Below are positions 47,401 through 57,400 of a stretch of DNA of 64,000 nucleotides, in pieces. The DNA is from Phoronis australis (lineage: Eukaryota > Animalia > Phoronida), in the NCBI GenBank assembly GCA_002633005.1, contig NMRA01001016.1, forward strand, positions 1-64,000, read 5' to 3'. Within the stretch, counting starts at the first letter, position 1. Each line of letters opens with the position of its first letter. The notes beneath the pieces were generated by a model. That model was not told the origin of the DNA. It did no database searches and was given only the letters and a program-made list of their open reading frames with translations. The translations under genes were made by a program, and so were the position numbers.

Positions 47401-50020
47401 CTCAACCTTTTCTGCATTGAATGTTTTTGATATTTGACTAAACCCAAATCATTGCTTTCATGTACCAACTAATTAGTAATTTATGACCTCAAATATTGTT
47501 CTATCTTTTAGATTGTTATGAAAAGTATCATAAAAAGGCACATCTTTAAAACTGAATACGAGGACATGTCTACAGGTGAGAAGTACTTTGTTTCCTAAAA
47601 GATAGTTGTCAGCATTTTGAGCTCCAGTAGGCAGCGGGTGCGTGCCACTCACCCAATAATTTGTAACCTGGGACAAATGAGCGGCAAAGCTTATTAACGA
47701 TTGGGGTAAGGGCGAATTGACAGATTCTCACGTGGCAATTAATGGGGGGGCAGGGGCGGATCTAGGATTTTGAGTTATGGGGGCAGGGCATAGTATTAGG
47801 CAGGATTTTACCAGCCAGACATTCGCACCCCCGAACTGTCAAATGGAATCTTAGAGAATTTCAGGGGCCATGGCCTCCTTGCCGCCCCTCTAAATACGCC
47901 ACTGGGGGCACGACGTAAGGGCTAGCGGGTGGTGACGATTGCGGTGGCGACCGGGGAAGAGATTTTGTCGAGATTGAATGTGTATATATGCTCTTTCAAC
48001 GGTCTAAGATGTTTACGCATTAACTACAAGGCAGAAGTACTACAGTTGTTGCACAATTAAAGCGAAGGCAACCTTTTTCATGTCATTTTTAGCAAAAATA
48101 AGGTTTGCTGATTATCTCAGACATAATTTTCACTTATTTACTGCTTTTCGTAATTTAATTGATTACTCGTCGTCTACTCCGGAAGTGACGTTTTTGGAGG
48201 CAAGAATTTCGCGCCAATTTCTTTTCGTATAGTCCGACTGTGAGAGAAGTCGAGTCAGTCATTGTTGTGCCTCGGTTGTGATAAATTCGGTCGTCGTTTG
48301 CTTTTGCTTACGAGTCAGTCAACATGCCACGCTGTTGCTGCGTACTGGGATGTACTCATTATCGTCTCACGTACAGAGGAAGAACTGTCCCACTTGCCCG
48401 AGTGTCCCGCGACACACTCCCACTGGAGGGTGATCTGAGTACCCAAACTGCTTACATCCCGCCGTGTGACTCCCTCGCCACACACTTGGCACCTTCTAAA
48501 TAGCTCCAATACAAGTCCGCAATAAAGTTATCAAACTTTGGCTCACCGATCTGTTCACTGGATGACGAACTGTCCTCTTCACTGGGTGTCGAACTGGGCC
48601 TGTATTCACTCCCACTACTCAGCATCGCTACAGGGCTGATTACAGGCTCTGGGCTAGAGACAACAGCACAGGGCGAATCACTGCTAGTTCCCGGATGTGC
48701 ACGCAATGGGGGTACGTTCGGAGGCACAGGTGACAGTAGATGAAGTGCTCCAGTCAATGTATATAGACAGTGGCCACAGCTCGATCGCGAGGCTTCTCGC
48801 TTCAAAAACGCACTTTTCGGGGTTGGCGACGGGGCAATGCCGGCAATCAACAGCGACGGTATGGTACCCTTCTTCAGGCGTTATTTCGCAGGGACTTTCA
48901 TCAATTCAGCGTACATATCTCTATCGTAATCTGACGGCTGAAAATGCTTGCCACACACTCGGTAACCCTCCACTGCTTTGTACGTTGCCTGGACGGGTAG
49001 CGCTGCGTTCTTCACATGAACGAGCTAGCCAAGTACGGCGAAGTGTGTCATCCTTCGGAAAGCGACGCAAGGTACCCAAAGCGCGTGTGAGACGATAATG
49101 AGTACATCCCGGCACGTAGCAACAGCGTGGCATGTTGACTGACTTGTAAACAAAAGCAAATGACGACCGAACTTATCACAACCGAGGTAGAGCAATGACT
49201 GACTCGACAGCTCTCACAGTCAGACTATAACGAAAAGAAATTGGCGCGAAACTCTCTCCTCCCAGAAACGTCACTTCCGGAATAGAGGACGAAAAATTAA
49301 TCAAATTACGAACAGCTGTAATTAAGTGAAAAATGTGTCTGGGATAATGAACGAACCTTATTTTTGCTAAAAGTGACATGAAAAAAGGTTGCCTTTGCCT
49401 TTAAAGCTGCCACTCTCAGTGACTTGCTATCTATCTTGGCGTTTTCAGCTATTTTGCAAAGTTAAACTACAAAGATAAGCCGGCTTTTTGACAATGTCCA
49501 ATTCAGAATGTTGTAATTGCTTGTTTTAGGGGTTACCATGGAAGAACTTAAGCAGGACATCTCTAGCTTTAGATTTGAGACCTTGAATTCCCTTCAAGTA
49601 TCACCACCCGATAACGAAAGTCGTAGCCTTTCCAAGAGATTGCAAATCTTAGAAAGTGCAGTAGACAGCACCAGGACATCCCTCGAAACAATGCACGACA
49701 AACTGAACCACTTACTCACCAGACAAGCTAAGCAGATGGGAGGACTTACGCCTTCTTTAGAAAATTTGTTAGAACAACCGACGTCCAGTACCAGTAAGAA
49801 AAATGTCGGGAAACGTTGCTGGCAGAAAGTTCGTTCTCACGTGCTGGAAAATACGAACGCAAATGAACCAATTATGGAGGATGACGAGGATTCCGTAGTG
49901 TTTTACTTGACTGACGAAAACAAAAGAGACGGTCAATCACCGAAAAGAAGCAACTTGAACAAAAAGCATCTGCGCATTTCTATTCCCAGTGAAACTCCAT
50001 CAAAGGAGGCAAACGTGTGA
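25195..50020 (+). CDS. TRPC: Canonical (short) transient receptor potential cation channel, TRPC family; 15 coding exons, about 1009 aa
   Basis: Exons 25195-25267, 31767-31864, 32152-32310, 35470-35934, 36290-36481, 36762-36929, 37600-37840, 38342-38581, 41379-41530, 42639-42799, 44654-44852, 45181-45375, 46956-47087, 47512-47575, 49530-50020 join with GT-AG boundaries and consistent phases into 3030 nt without internal stops. Motifs: ankyrin repeats, FSSDITPLILA, PHQYYCKCSTC, FVAHPTCQQKL, GPMQISLARM, LLNMLIAMM, EWKFAR, LPAPLNIIPSP, ELKQDISSFRFE. Exons 1-2 are less certain and the exon 4 start abuts an N gap. Subfamily not assignable by eye. Confidence 0.93.
27697..31035 (+). mobile_element. 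Academ (AcademX-type) DNA transposon, degraded, in putative TRPC intron 1
   Basis: Termini TTGTCAGGTT...AACCTGACTA, 3-bp TSD TTA, ~400-bp imperfect TIRs with subrepeats. Fragments of transposase (DMGLY, RLEKLHALMASL, SGIDDAWIEA), XPG-like domain (HEKADILLIHHA, PDTDLLVL, FHGFTWTD) and C-terminal Cys-rich finger (TDLCQCSAECQN). Confidence 0.85.
31767..31864 (+). CDS. TRPC: TRPC putative coding exon 2 (EKAKSQVPRVGSSGEKIKGMHDSAKSLRRRVGK)
   Basis: TTTGTAG acceptor and AAG|GTAGGT donor; only one frame is open and it is phase 1 to phase 0, fitting both neighbours. Confidence 0.6.
32152..32310 (+). CDS. TRPC: TRPC exon 3, ankyrin repeats 1-2
   Basis: FSAMDEEFFYAVEFGD...DLLGRTPLRLAVANEHLE; TTTGTAG acceptor, GTAAGT donor. 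Confidence 0.92.
35378..35441. repeat. (TA)n(GT)n microsatellite running into an N gap
   Basis: Seen directly; Ns at 35442-35467. Confidence 0.95.
35470..35934 (+). CDS. TRPC: TRPC exon 4, ankyrin repeats 3-4 and zinc-binding TRP_2 region
   Basis: ALLIAIVMGHEQIAEVIL...FSSDITPLILASQYNRYEVVQLLL...PHQYYCKCSTC...YRGLSSEAYISL...DPIYTAFEL. The 5' end may extend into the N gap (35442-35467); donor AAG|GTTGTT. Confidence 0.92.
36290..36481 (+). CDS. TRPC: TRPC exon 5, linker domain
   Basis: VEYLKLADQLSDYVVKLLDRVR...ARLRMAIEFEEKK; TTCTAG acceptor, GTACAG donor, phase 0/0. Confidence 0.92.
36762..36929 (+). CDS. TRPC: TRPC exon 6, pre-S1 elbow
   Basis: FVAHPTCQQKLVSTWYGD...VYLVMPYSK; not in the ORF track; CAG acceptor, GTCAGT donor. 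Confidence 0.92.
37600..37840 (+). CDS. TRPC: TRPC exon 7, S1-S2
   Basis: VGRLVKTPCVKLIAQSTYFIVFLVLLLVSS...PEMVYLFVMCFVAG; phase 0 to 1. Confidence 0.92.
38342..38581 (+). CDS. TRPC: TRPC exon 8, S2-S3 and S3-S4 loop
   Basis: GLFYQECQQIFHDGVRMYFSSFYNVFDTCM...FYWLRA; phase 1 to 1. Confidence 0.92.
39179..40808. mobile_element. Non-autonomous Kolobok-like element (about 1.6 kb)
   Basis: TTAA|AGGAGCATGTCACCC ... GGGTGGCATTCTCCT|TTAT: 15-bp imperfect TIR with RR termini and a TTAA-like TSD; no coding capacity seen. Confidence 0.6.
41379..41530 (+). CDS. TRPC: TRPC exon 9, S4 and S4-S5 linker
   Basis: DRMYWRNHDPYILSEILFGFANVLSFSR...ANEHFGPMQISLARMLK; GTAAGA donor. Confidence 0.93.
42110..42185. 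repeat. ~21-bp tandem repeat, about 3.5 copies
   Basis: Unit approximately GAAGGACGGACCTTCAGATG(A). Confidence 0.75.
42434..42550. repeat. Near-perfect ~43-bp inverted repeat with a duplicated 15-bp loop
   Basis: Arm 42434-42477, loop GAGTCTATTGTAACT, inverted arm 42494-42536, then GAGTCTATTGTAACT again. Confidence 0.9.
42639..42799 (+). CDS. TRPC: TRPC exon 10, S5 and turret
   Basis: DFFKFMFILVVIYFSFLVGMVNIYWYY...ADKHFG; not in the ORF track; CTCAG acceptor, GTAAGT donor, phase 0 to 2. Confidence 0.93.
42857..43140 (+). repeat. Dispersed repeat, related to 5078-5420 and 55636-55970
   Basis: Shared CAGCATCACTAAACCTT...TCACAATCGA...AAACGAGAAAA...GCTTCTC..TGTC.CG...AAGTTGTCA blocks. Confidence 0.7.
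43199..44458. mobile_element. MITE-like inverted repeat enclosing the Penelope pair
   Basis: 43199-43250 (CATGAAAGTGACTTAAG...TTGAAATTTGATCTTACACTC) is inverted at about 44419-44458. Confidence 0.55.
43315..44215. mobile_element. Penelope-like element: two GIY-YIG endonuclease 3' fragments in inverted orientation
   Basis: Plus arm 43800-44215: KDKVPMEK...SYVGETKESLRSRM...RILDREENW...KESIY...PSLNR.GG. Minus arm 43315-43752: KDKVPREK...SRMGQHRR...SAVFTHINTARHSF. Confidence 0.85.
44654..44852 (+). CDS. TRPC: TRPC exon 11, pore helix, filter and S6
   Basis: VINTFRTMYWVLFGMG...YGIYNIVMVILLLNMLIAMMTRSFEMIH; phase 2 to 0. Confidence 0.93.
45181..45375 (+). CDS. TRPC: TRPC exon 12, TRP box
   Basis: SESDIEWKFARSQLYMDYI...TLPAPLNIIPSP; TTTCAG acceptor, GTAAGC donor. 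Confidence 0.95.
46136..46215. repeat. (CT)n microsatellite
   Basis: Seen directly. Confidence 0.9.
46956..47087 (+). CDS. TRPC: TRPC exon 13, C-terminal linker
   Basis: GLSNLGLHAG...VTTKRYQ; CAG acceptor, GTGAGT donor, phase 0/0, leads into the rib helix. Confidence 0.8.
47512..47575 (+). CDS. TRPC: TRPC exon 14, rib helix (CIRB-like)
   Basis: IVMKSIIKRHIFKTEYEDMST continues RYQ, matching the TRPC pattern YQxxMxxLxxRY; TTTTAG acceptor, GTGAG donor. Confidence 0.85.
47751..47903. mobile_element. Short hAT-like MITE; a related copy begins at 24206
   Basis: CAGGGGCGGATCTAG...CTAAATACGCCACTG termini; the first ~100 bp match 24206-24300. No clean 8-bp TSD. Confidence 0.55.
48061..49400 (-). 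mobile_element. Kolobok-type DNA transposon derivative with THAP domain, in the last TRPC intron
   Basis: TTAA on both sides (48057-48060, 49401-49404), AG termini, ~310-bp inverted repeats. Minus strand encodes THAP (MPRCCYVPGC...RRFPKD...RRTW...CGKHF), an acidic linker, then a C2CH motif (ELFRRCQVCG...CVAGHSGKWDSS). No DDE core. Confidence 0.88.
49530..50020 (+). CDS. TRPC: TRPC terminal exon 15, coiled coil and C-terminal tail
   Basis: GVTMEELKQDISSFRFE...KEANV stop; AATAAA about 200 nt downstream. Confidence 0.92.
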
Positions 50021-53000
50021 TAGCATGGCTTCAAAATGGGATTTGTGGTAGGAACATTAATTAGGTGTCATAAATCTGCTCTAATACGACTTGCTTGTTA
50101 AGCTCACCCTATCATGTCGGACTCTGTGGATGCCAGCCAAGTTGACATCACAATATCAGTTGCATAATTGTTTTCATAGTACTGTGTGTCTCTGCAAATC
50201 ACTCTCAAAACCTTTTGCCAGTGAAAATAAATGAATACTTGGACGACGAAGTGATACTACATGTGAGGAATAATACTCGACAGTATAAGTATTATAATAC
50301 CTCAAGTGAACATAGTAATGTATTTACAGTGTCAATAAGTGCAAACTATTTCAATAGTAGTTTTTCGTCAAGCTTAATTTATACAAGGCATGTAGAGTTA
50401 TATTGTTACGTCAAACTTTCACGGAGACGCTCTCACTCGTGACAATTAGGTATTAGAATTAAATTAGTGTTCGAAGCCTGTCTCTGGGGTCTCTCGACTT
50501 GAGCATAGAGTGAAATATTCTATGTCAATACAAACCAGCAATATTCATAGCTGTAGCCGACTCCGAGTTTGTATCTCTTGAGCCATCACTTTTTCATTTG
50601 AAGTCACCAGGTCACTGGGTTCAAAAATGTGTCCATGGCTTAGTTTTTCTGAGAGGCACACTCATGGCTTTGATGACATCAGACTGGTTGGATACATAAT
50701 TAATCCTAATTTCTACAGTTTGTTATGTTGTAAATTACTACAACCCTCTGTGTTGTAGTGCTTTATGTGCTGTCACTACCCGACCGCGTCCCGAGTACGG
50801 CTCTCAACTTAACACTTACATGTACGGTCTGGTTTGATTCACCTTGTCCACCGCGTATCCCCCGAACTGTATCTCGGATGAGGGCATGACATGGCATTCC
50901 ATTTGCGGTATTCTTTAGTGGCAAAACGCAAACAAATAAATCATTTATGTTATGTTAAGCTACGACTCTCTTAAACAAGCCTGGGTTGCACCGATCTTCA
51001 CTGGAAAAAGGATTACCGGTAATTCATTTCACCCAGGTTACATCTGCTCTAGGCAATTGCCATCCAACTAGGACCGCCATAAGCTGAAGTAATACCTCGC
51101 TCAGTCTTAACCAACAGAGCCACGATGCTATAAATGTATTTTAAGCATAAAAGGATGCCATGGTCTTCGATATCTTTAAACACCTACAACGCGAGCAAAT
51201 ACTTTTTTTGATATTTGGAACGCATCTCTTCATTCGTCAGTGAATCGTTTTGTCTAGGTATGGTTGAGTTTCAAGTACTAGCGAACTCTGACGGATCATC
51301 AGTCTACTGCGGTGGTAATTTGCTCCCGAGTTCATGGAGTCAGAACTCCGGCGCTGCTGATTAAAAAGTACACGCTATAGACATGCGCACTGGTGCGGAA
51401 AACAGAAATGAATGACTCAGTTTCAGAATTCGTTGACGCAGCAAAGCACTATCCAAACAATGTTCGAGTTGGGAAGATTTAAAGACTCCAACTGCCTCCA
51501 CAGGAGTCCTACACTTGAAAGGCTCACGATTTTTTTATTAAATGTAGTAAAAAACAAACGTAGTTTCATATATTAATCCGATTTGCCATTTCCGCTGAGA
51601 TACAATGTTCAGAAGTCAGACAATTTTTAACATTTTTGCTAGGGTTCTACATAAGTTTAAGGCATTCAATGAGGATTTTCTACCTTATTTAGTGCCTAAC
51701 CCGAGACTAGCGCAAAGTGATCGCCTTGAAAACTACATACGATTTCTGTTTGCGTTGATCAGAGACTGAGTTAGACGCACGTGACGGCAGGTAAAACACT
51801 TCTGGGAAAACACCTCATTTCGGATATATGTTGGTATAGTGGGCTAAAACAATCGTGTACGAGGTTGGCAGTTTCAATTCTGAGCTGGCACTTTCAATGG
51901 AGCAAAGTAGATGGGACGAATACAACTGGGCACGTGCACGCCTTGTTTAAAGATAAGATTCAATGGGAGAAAGGACATTGAGTCTAAGTGGCCGGTGCAA
52001 CGTGAAGAATGAGTTCAGTTTCTTAGTGTTGACTGAATAGACTGAGAACAGGGAGATGACTGGTAGCACGGCCACTAAATCTTGGGTTCTGCATAGACAC
52101 TTCATTAGTGGCGACTGTAGTTTGCTACTGTTCTGAGTTCACAGAACCCGCCCGGGATTTGGCTTGGAAAGTTGTAGTTCGCGACATGACAAGACGATAT
52201 TCGCTTGTTTAGTATGTCTGGGTTCGGACCCAGATCAATAAAATGAAAATCACAAATTAAAAACAACCAATAATTAGGCCAGATCTAAGTATCGCTGTAA
52301 ATTACTAAGTACTTAANGACTTTACTGTTTTGTTTATCATCCCAAAGGTAACTAAAATGCATAGTATGGTTAAAATCGGTGACATTGGGTTTATCACCCC
52401 TCTGGGCATTTTTGCCTGCTGTGAGCCGTACTTCACTCTTAAAAATTGTTGCCTGGCCACGGGCATGGTCAATCGTACAGTAACGCTTACCTACTGATCC
52501 CCGAGAGCAAACAATGGGTGCACTTGCTCTTCTTATTTTTTTTTAGGGACGGAGGCAAATGCAGAACTTGATACAGTGCTGTACATGTAGCTCCTCTAAC
52601 ATCTAGTTTTGACTTAAGGACATTTAGGCATTGGGATCTATATTTTTGATTTTCTTCAGACTCCTGTATAGCGTGCGGTGTCATCGTAAGCCTTGTCTAC
52701 ACACTCCTTATAATCGCACGATTTCGTATGACGACTAATTTAGATAATCAAAGTGGTTGGCTCTTATCGAGCTAATGACGTACACAACTGTACTCCAATA
52801 TTAGTATACGGCGTAACTTATACACGAATCCCGTGCAGCGAGACGAGAAGAACAGTATGCACCCCTCACTCTTTTGTCCTATACAAGTTCGTGTTTGATA
52901 GATCGTGTTTTGGGAACGCTGGTAATGGATCACATGCGTGGTAGCGGCAATTACTCGCTCTGTGATGATCCGTAGCATTCAGCAGTTCCACAGTCGTATA

Positions 53001-53428
53001 GGTTCAAGTCTGACACGAGTATTTTTGACCGACTCGGGGTATCCATTTGTTATAACAGGCGGCATGGAGTTCATGTAGCACTTTGGGAAAAGTTTATCTT
53101 TCACATACATGTAAAACCAACATGCATGAGTTGGTCAGGCAAGATATGATCTTTGTCTCGTGTCAATATGGCTTCCGTGTGATCCTATCTGTACCTGCTC
53201 AAGGCAACACATTAAATTATCAATTTGTAAATGTATTAAGACATCCCTAGTTAACATTGTTGTCTGATTACAAATGCCATTTTACCTGATACTCAGTGGC
53301 TAACACACTGGCCGAGTTTGGGGATGTGAACTTTCCACCTGTTTAAGAACAATTGGTTTTTCCAAGTATGTTAACAAATCTACACATATTGAGGAGGTTT
53401 CAGTGGTTTAACTCGCTATTTATACATC

Positions 53429-53888
53429 ATGGAAGTAGGCCTATCGGAGAAATGGCCGAGTTCATTCGTCTCACAAAATAACGGCAACGTGACTACTTGT
53501 TCACTGAGTAATTCAACCGTCTTTCACAAGATCGCAGATATAGCAACGGCCTTCAGCTGCGTAAGTTCTATTTTAGCCGCCTTTGGGATTGTCATATGCT
53601 ACACTTGGTTTCCGGCTCTGTTACTGTACCTTACTCTAGCAGACTTTTTGACAGCTTCCGGAAATTTGGCCGGACTTACACGTGATATCATTTTGCAGTA
53701 GCAGCGCCAACCTTACAGACGCTATGGAGACTCTGTGTATTGCTCAAAGCATAGTTAGAACTTACTCCAGCATGTGTTCTTTTTCTGGACGGCAGCCATT
53801 TCATATTTTATCTTATTACCTGTGGCGAAGAACTGGTTTGAAACCAAGTTCTTGGTCACCTGTAACGTGATCTATTGGTTCGTGCCAG
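53429..53888 (+). pseudogene. GPR157-like (cAMP-receptor-like) GPCR first exon, TM1-TM4, frameshifted
   Basis: FSCVSSILAAFGIVICYTWFP-ALLLYLTLADFLTASGN...LCIAQSIVRTYSSMCSFFWTAAIS...IYWFVP|GTAATT is split over three frames (frameshifts at about 53697 and 53783); intracellular loop 1 looks shortened; no downstream exons found in the window. Confidence 0.8.
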
Positions 53889-54449
53889 GTAATTACAATA
53901 CGTTGGCTTACGTAGTTCTAAACAATTTAAAATTTACTTTCGCGTCTCAGAATTTATAATCTTTGCACTGAGAAATTGTTGATATCAAGTTATTTTCCAG
54001 CTCCGCACTCTCTAAATTTAATCTGAGATTAGCACTTTTCTTAAAATATTGTTTGTAATAATTTTAACAATTTATATAAAGCCTAAAAAGTCAATAAATA
54101 TGGATGCAGTGGTAATTAAAACATGAAAACAGGCATTGAGATAATCTGGATGATAAAATACTTAGTGTGGTTTTAAAACTTCGTATATATGTATATTACG
54201 AGGTTGTTGTTGAATGAATGTTGTCGGAGTAAACAGTTACATGTCCTTTGGTGAATAATATTTTGTGATAAAAAATTTACATGACCTGTCTGTAGCAGAA
54301 TTTCACGACAGTATAGTTCCTTTCGAAGGGAGGCAACGTACTAACTACAGACGATTACATTGGTGTCGCTGTAGAACTAATACGGGATGGGGCTGGGGAT
54401 GTTCTTTGGACTCAAAACACTGACGAGAAAAACTAATGTGATCACGTGC

Positions 54450-57400
54450 TTCTGTAATTATTCGTTGTGGAGGTTTTCCTGAGATTCGATCGTCACACCC
54501 TTTCTGTTTTGAAATGAATTTTTGTGAAGTACCTCTTGCAGGAGGTGGGGTGACAATCAGATGGCACCAGTATTTCGTTCTGAATTATACGGGTATACTT
54601 TCATTTTCAGATAGTCCACCATTCTCGAGGGGGGGGGGGGGCTGTGGGGACACCTGGAATCATTGTCACTCTTTTTTATGTATTACAGCAAAAGTCACGA
54701 ATTATTGCCCGACAGGCCGGGATCGACTTGGCGAGAGGTGGGAAAAATAGCAGACCGGTCAGCAAATTTTTGATTGACCGGCAGCAGACCCGTGTATTGT
54801 CGACTTCACCGAGTGCCCAGATTTCAATACAGATTCCTCTCTCAAATTTTGGCTTCCAATGCAATCAACCATTACCAAAGTCACACATTTATCACTCGTC
54901 GGTTATTTCCGTTAGTCTTAGGCCCTGTCCATACGAATCTGTTTTTGAGAACGCAACTTTTTTATTGCGTCGCAAACAAGTTCTCTGTCCACACCACTCT
55001 GTTTTCACATGGTTTTATAAAGTTTTCCATCCACACCAAATACGATCGGAAACGCAAATTACTCTTCTTTGTGTTTTCAAAAACTCCTTCCACACATATG
55101 ATCAGGTGAGGTCGGCCATGGTTTACAAAAAGTTTCGTTTTGTCTGTCCACGCAAATATAGTGGAAACGGCGATTTAAAAAAGACTGTGGCGATTTCGCT
55201 TGTGCGTACAAAGCGCTTTCAAATATTTGTGATTTTGGTTGTTGAATTTAGTTGATACGTAACATAAGCAATTTCAAAAATTCGTATTTGCCGACTGCGT
55301 GTAATCAAAGTAGGACACCAGAGCATGGATAGCAGAATGTATCCGACCCAAGTGACGACCGCAATGGAACACAACTCCATAATATGTCCAAATATCAAAC
55401 GCCTCTATACGACACTGTTGACCTTGTGCACTTACGGCACTCAGGGTCATGTCATAATGAAAAGTTTACTTGTGGTTAAAAACAGACTTCATGCATCACT
55501 TAGCACAATTAGTGTTTGCTAACAAGAAATTTATGCGTTTTGCATTAACACATAATTGGCATGCATTATGTATTTTTAAATACTTAAAAGTGTTTAAAAC
55601 CATCATTTTCCTTGTTTTGACAAATGAAAATTTTTCAGCATCACTAAACCTTACTTTACGGCACTGCATATCACAATCGAGAATTCCACATTCCAAAAAA
55701 CGAGAAAATAAAAGAAAGGCGAATTCAATGAAAAGCTTTTTTGTACCTTCACGAATATTAGTGTTACGTATAAACGTACCCAGCGCCAATGTGTTATGAC
55801 CATCAACACGCGAGTTTCTTGTACAAACTTATACCATATCTCGCTTCTCGATGTCCCGCGAGAAAGCGAAGAGCCACAGCTTGGTCAAGCACTAAGTTGT
55901 CACTGAAAACCCCTATAAATAAACACCTCGCCATTCCTTTTCATATCATTAATCCCAGGAAAACGAGCGGTTGACCGAACACAATCGAAGATGACCAGTG
56001 CTGTTATCCTGAATTTATGTAGCATGTAGCGACCAATAATTGCTCATAACTCGAGATCAGCTAATTAACATATCGCGGGATAGTGTTTGCAGGTGTTCTA
56101 ATTTGACAGCTGGTCAACTGGTGTGTTTTTGATATGAAATTGGTGATTTTAAGCGCTTTAACACATTGGCCTGTAATGAAAGAATAGACAACAATAACCA
56201 AACGCAGTTCACACAAATACTGACAAGTAAAGATGGCTTCAATGTTTTTCAGTCATTTACAAGAACACATCACCAACAAAAATATCCCAAATTACAAATT
56301 TTGCGAAAAAACAAAACAAATAAAACAATAAGCTAATAAGGTATGGTAATACCCTCATTTCGCGGAATACACTTAGGCAGCCACTTCACTTGGAGCAAAC
56401 GTGTTCAAGAAGTATCAACAATAGCAAAAACATGTGGAAATTTGTCATCAAAATTTGAAATTATTTTCATACAAAACACTACTTTTGCTATACTAATCAC
56501 ACATTTCACCCCCTCTCGCGTATGTAAATGTTTGATGGGGATTCAACAATTACAATCTCCTAAAACTTATCGTTTTTGTTAAGATGAAGTTGTCCGAAAC
56601 GTAAACTAGTCGTCGCACTTTTTCCCTCATAGTAAGCCATTATTAAAATCTCTGAACCTTCTGTGTGTTGATGACTTGTTCATACTGTCCTGTTTTAAAT
56701 TAGTATGTAAATCATCTAATCCTCTGCCGCCAATCATTTCGGATTTTCCAGCAATTACAAACACCTTCTGGAGGTAGTACACTCCAACCCTTTAATTACA
56801 GATGTTCCAATTTTACGTCCCGTAATGCTACATCAATTAACAGGTTCAAATGTATCCGCACACACATTACCTTATAAACAACAAGTTAACGCCCCGCAAT
56901 ACCTATACCAATTAACATGTCCAAGTGCACCCACACATTCCTTCATTTCTTATGAACAACAATTTTCTGCAAATATCCGGTACGCTATAGTTAAAATTCA
57001 CACTCACTCCAGTGTTGAGTTACTCTGAACAGTGCGAAATACAATAATGTCACATATGAACTACTTATTTGTAATAATATACTGTAGATATGTTCAATTA
57101 GGACTTTCATTTCTTTATAAACTATTAAAACGTAAGAGTATCATCTGTTTTCTGCTCCTAATTTCCAAGCAATTGAGAAAGTGGATTATTCCATACATGT
57201 GTTCAGTAGGAAATCTCCGACAATTTGACATAAATCGTAGGATTTGTCCTGCGGTAATAGAACATGGTTTAAAAAGTACTAGTCAGAAAGAGAAAGTAAA
57301 ATGGAAATATGCCCTAAATCGAAAATCAGGAAATAGATAAAGTGTCACAAACTTGGCTCGAATTTTCCCTTGCCACGACAGCAATAGATAAAAGAGATGG

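Noticed and set aside
54644-55255. 203-aa ORF
   Set aside because: Lies across MITE-like sequence in the duplication; the frame is not preserved in copy 1 and no protein motif is evident.
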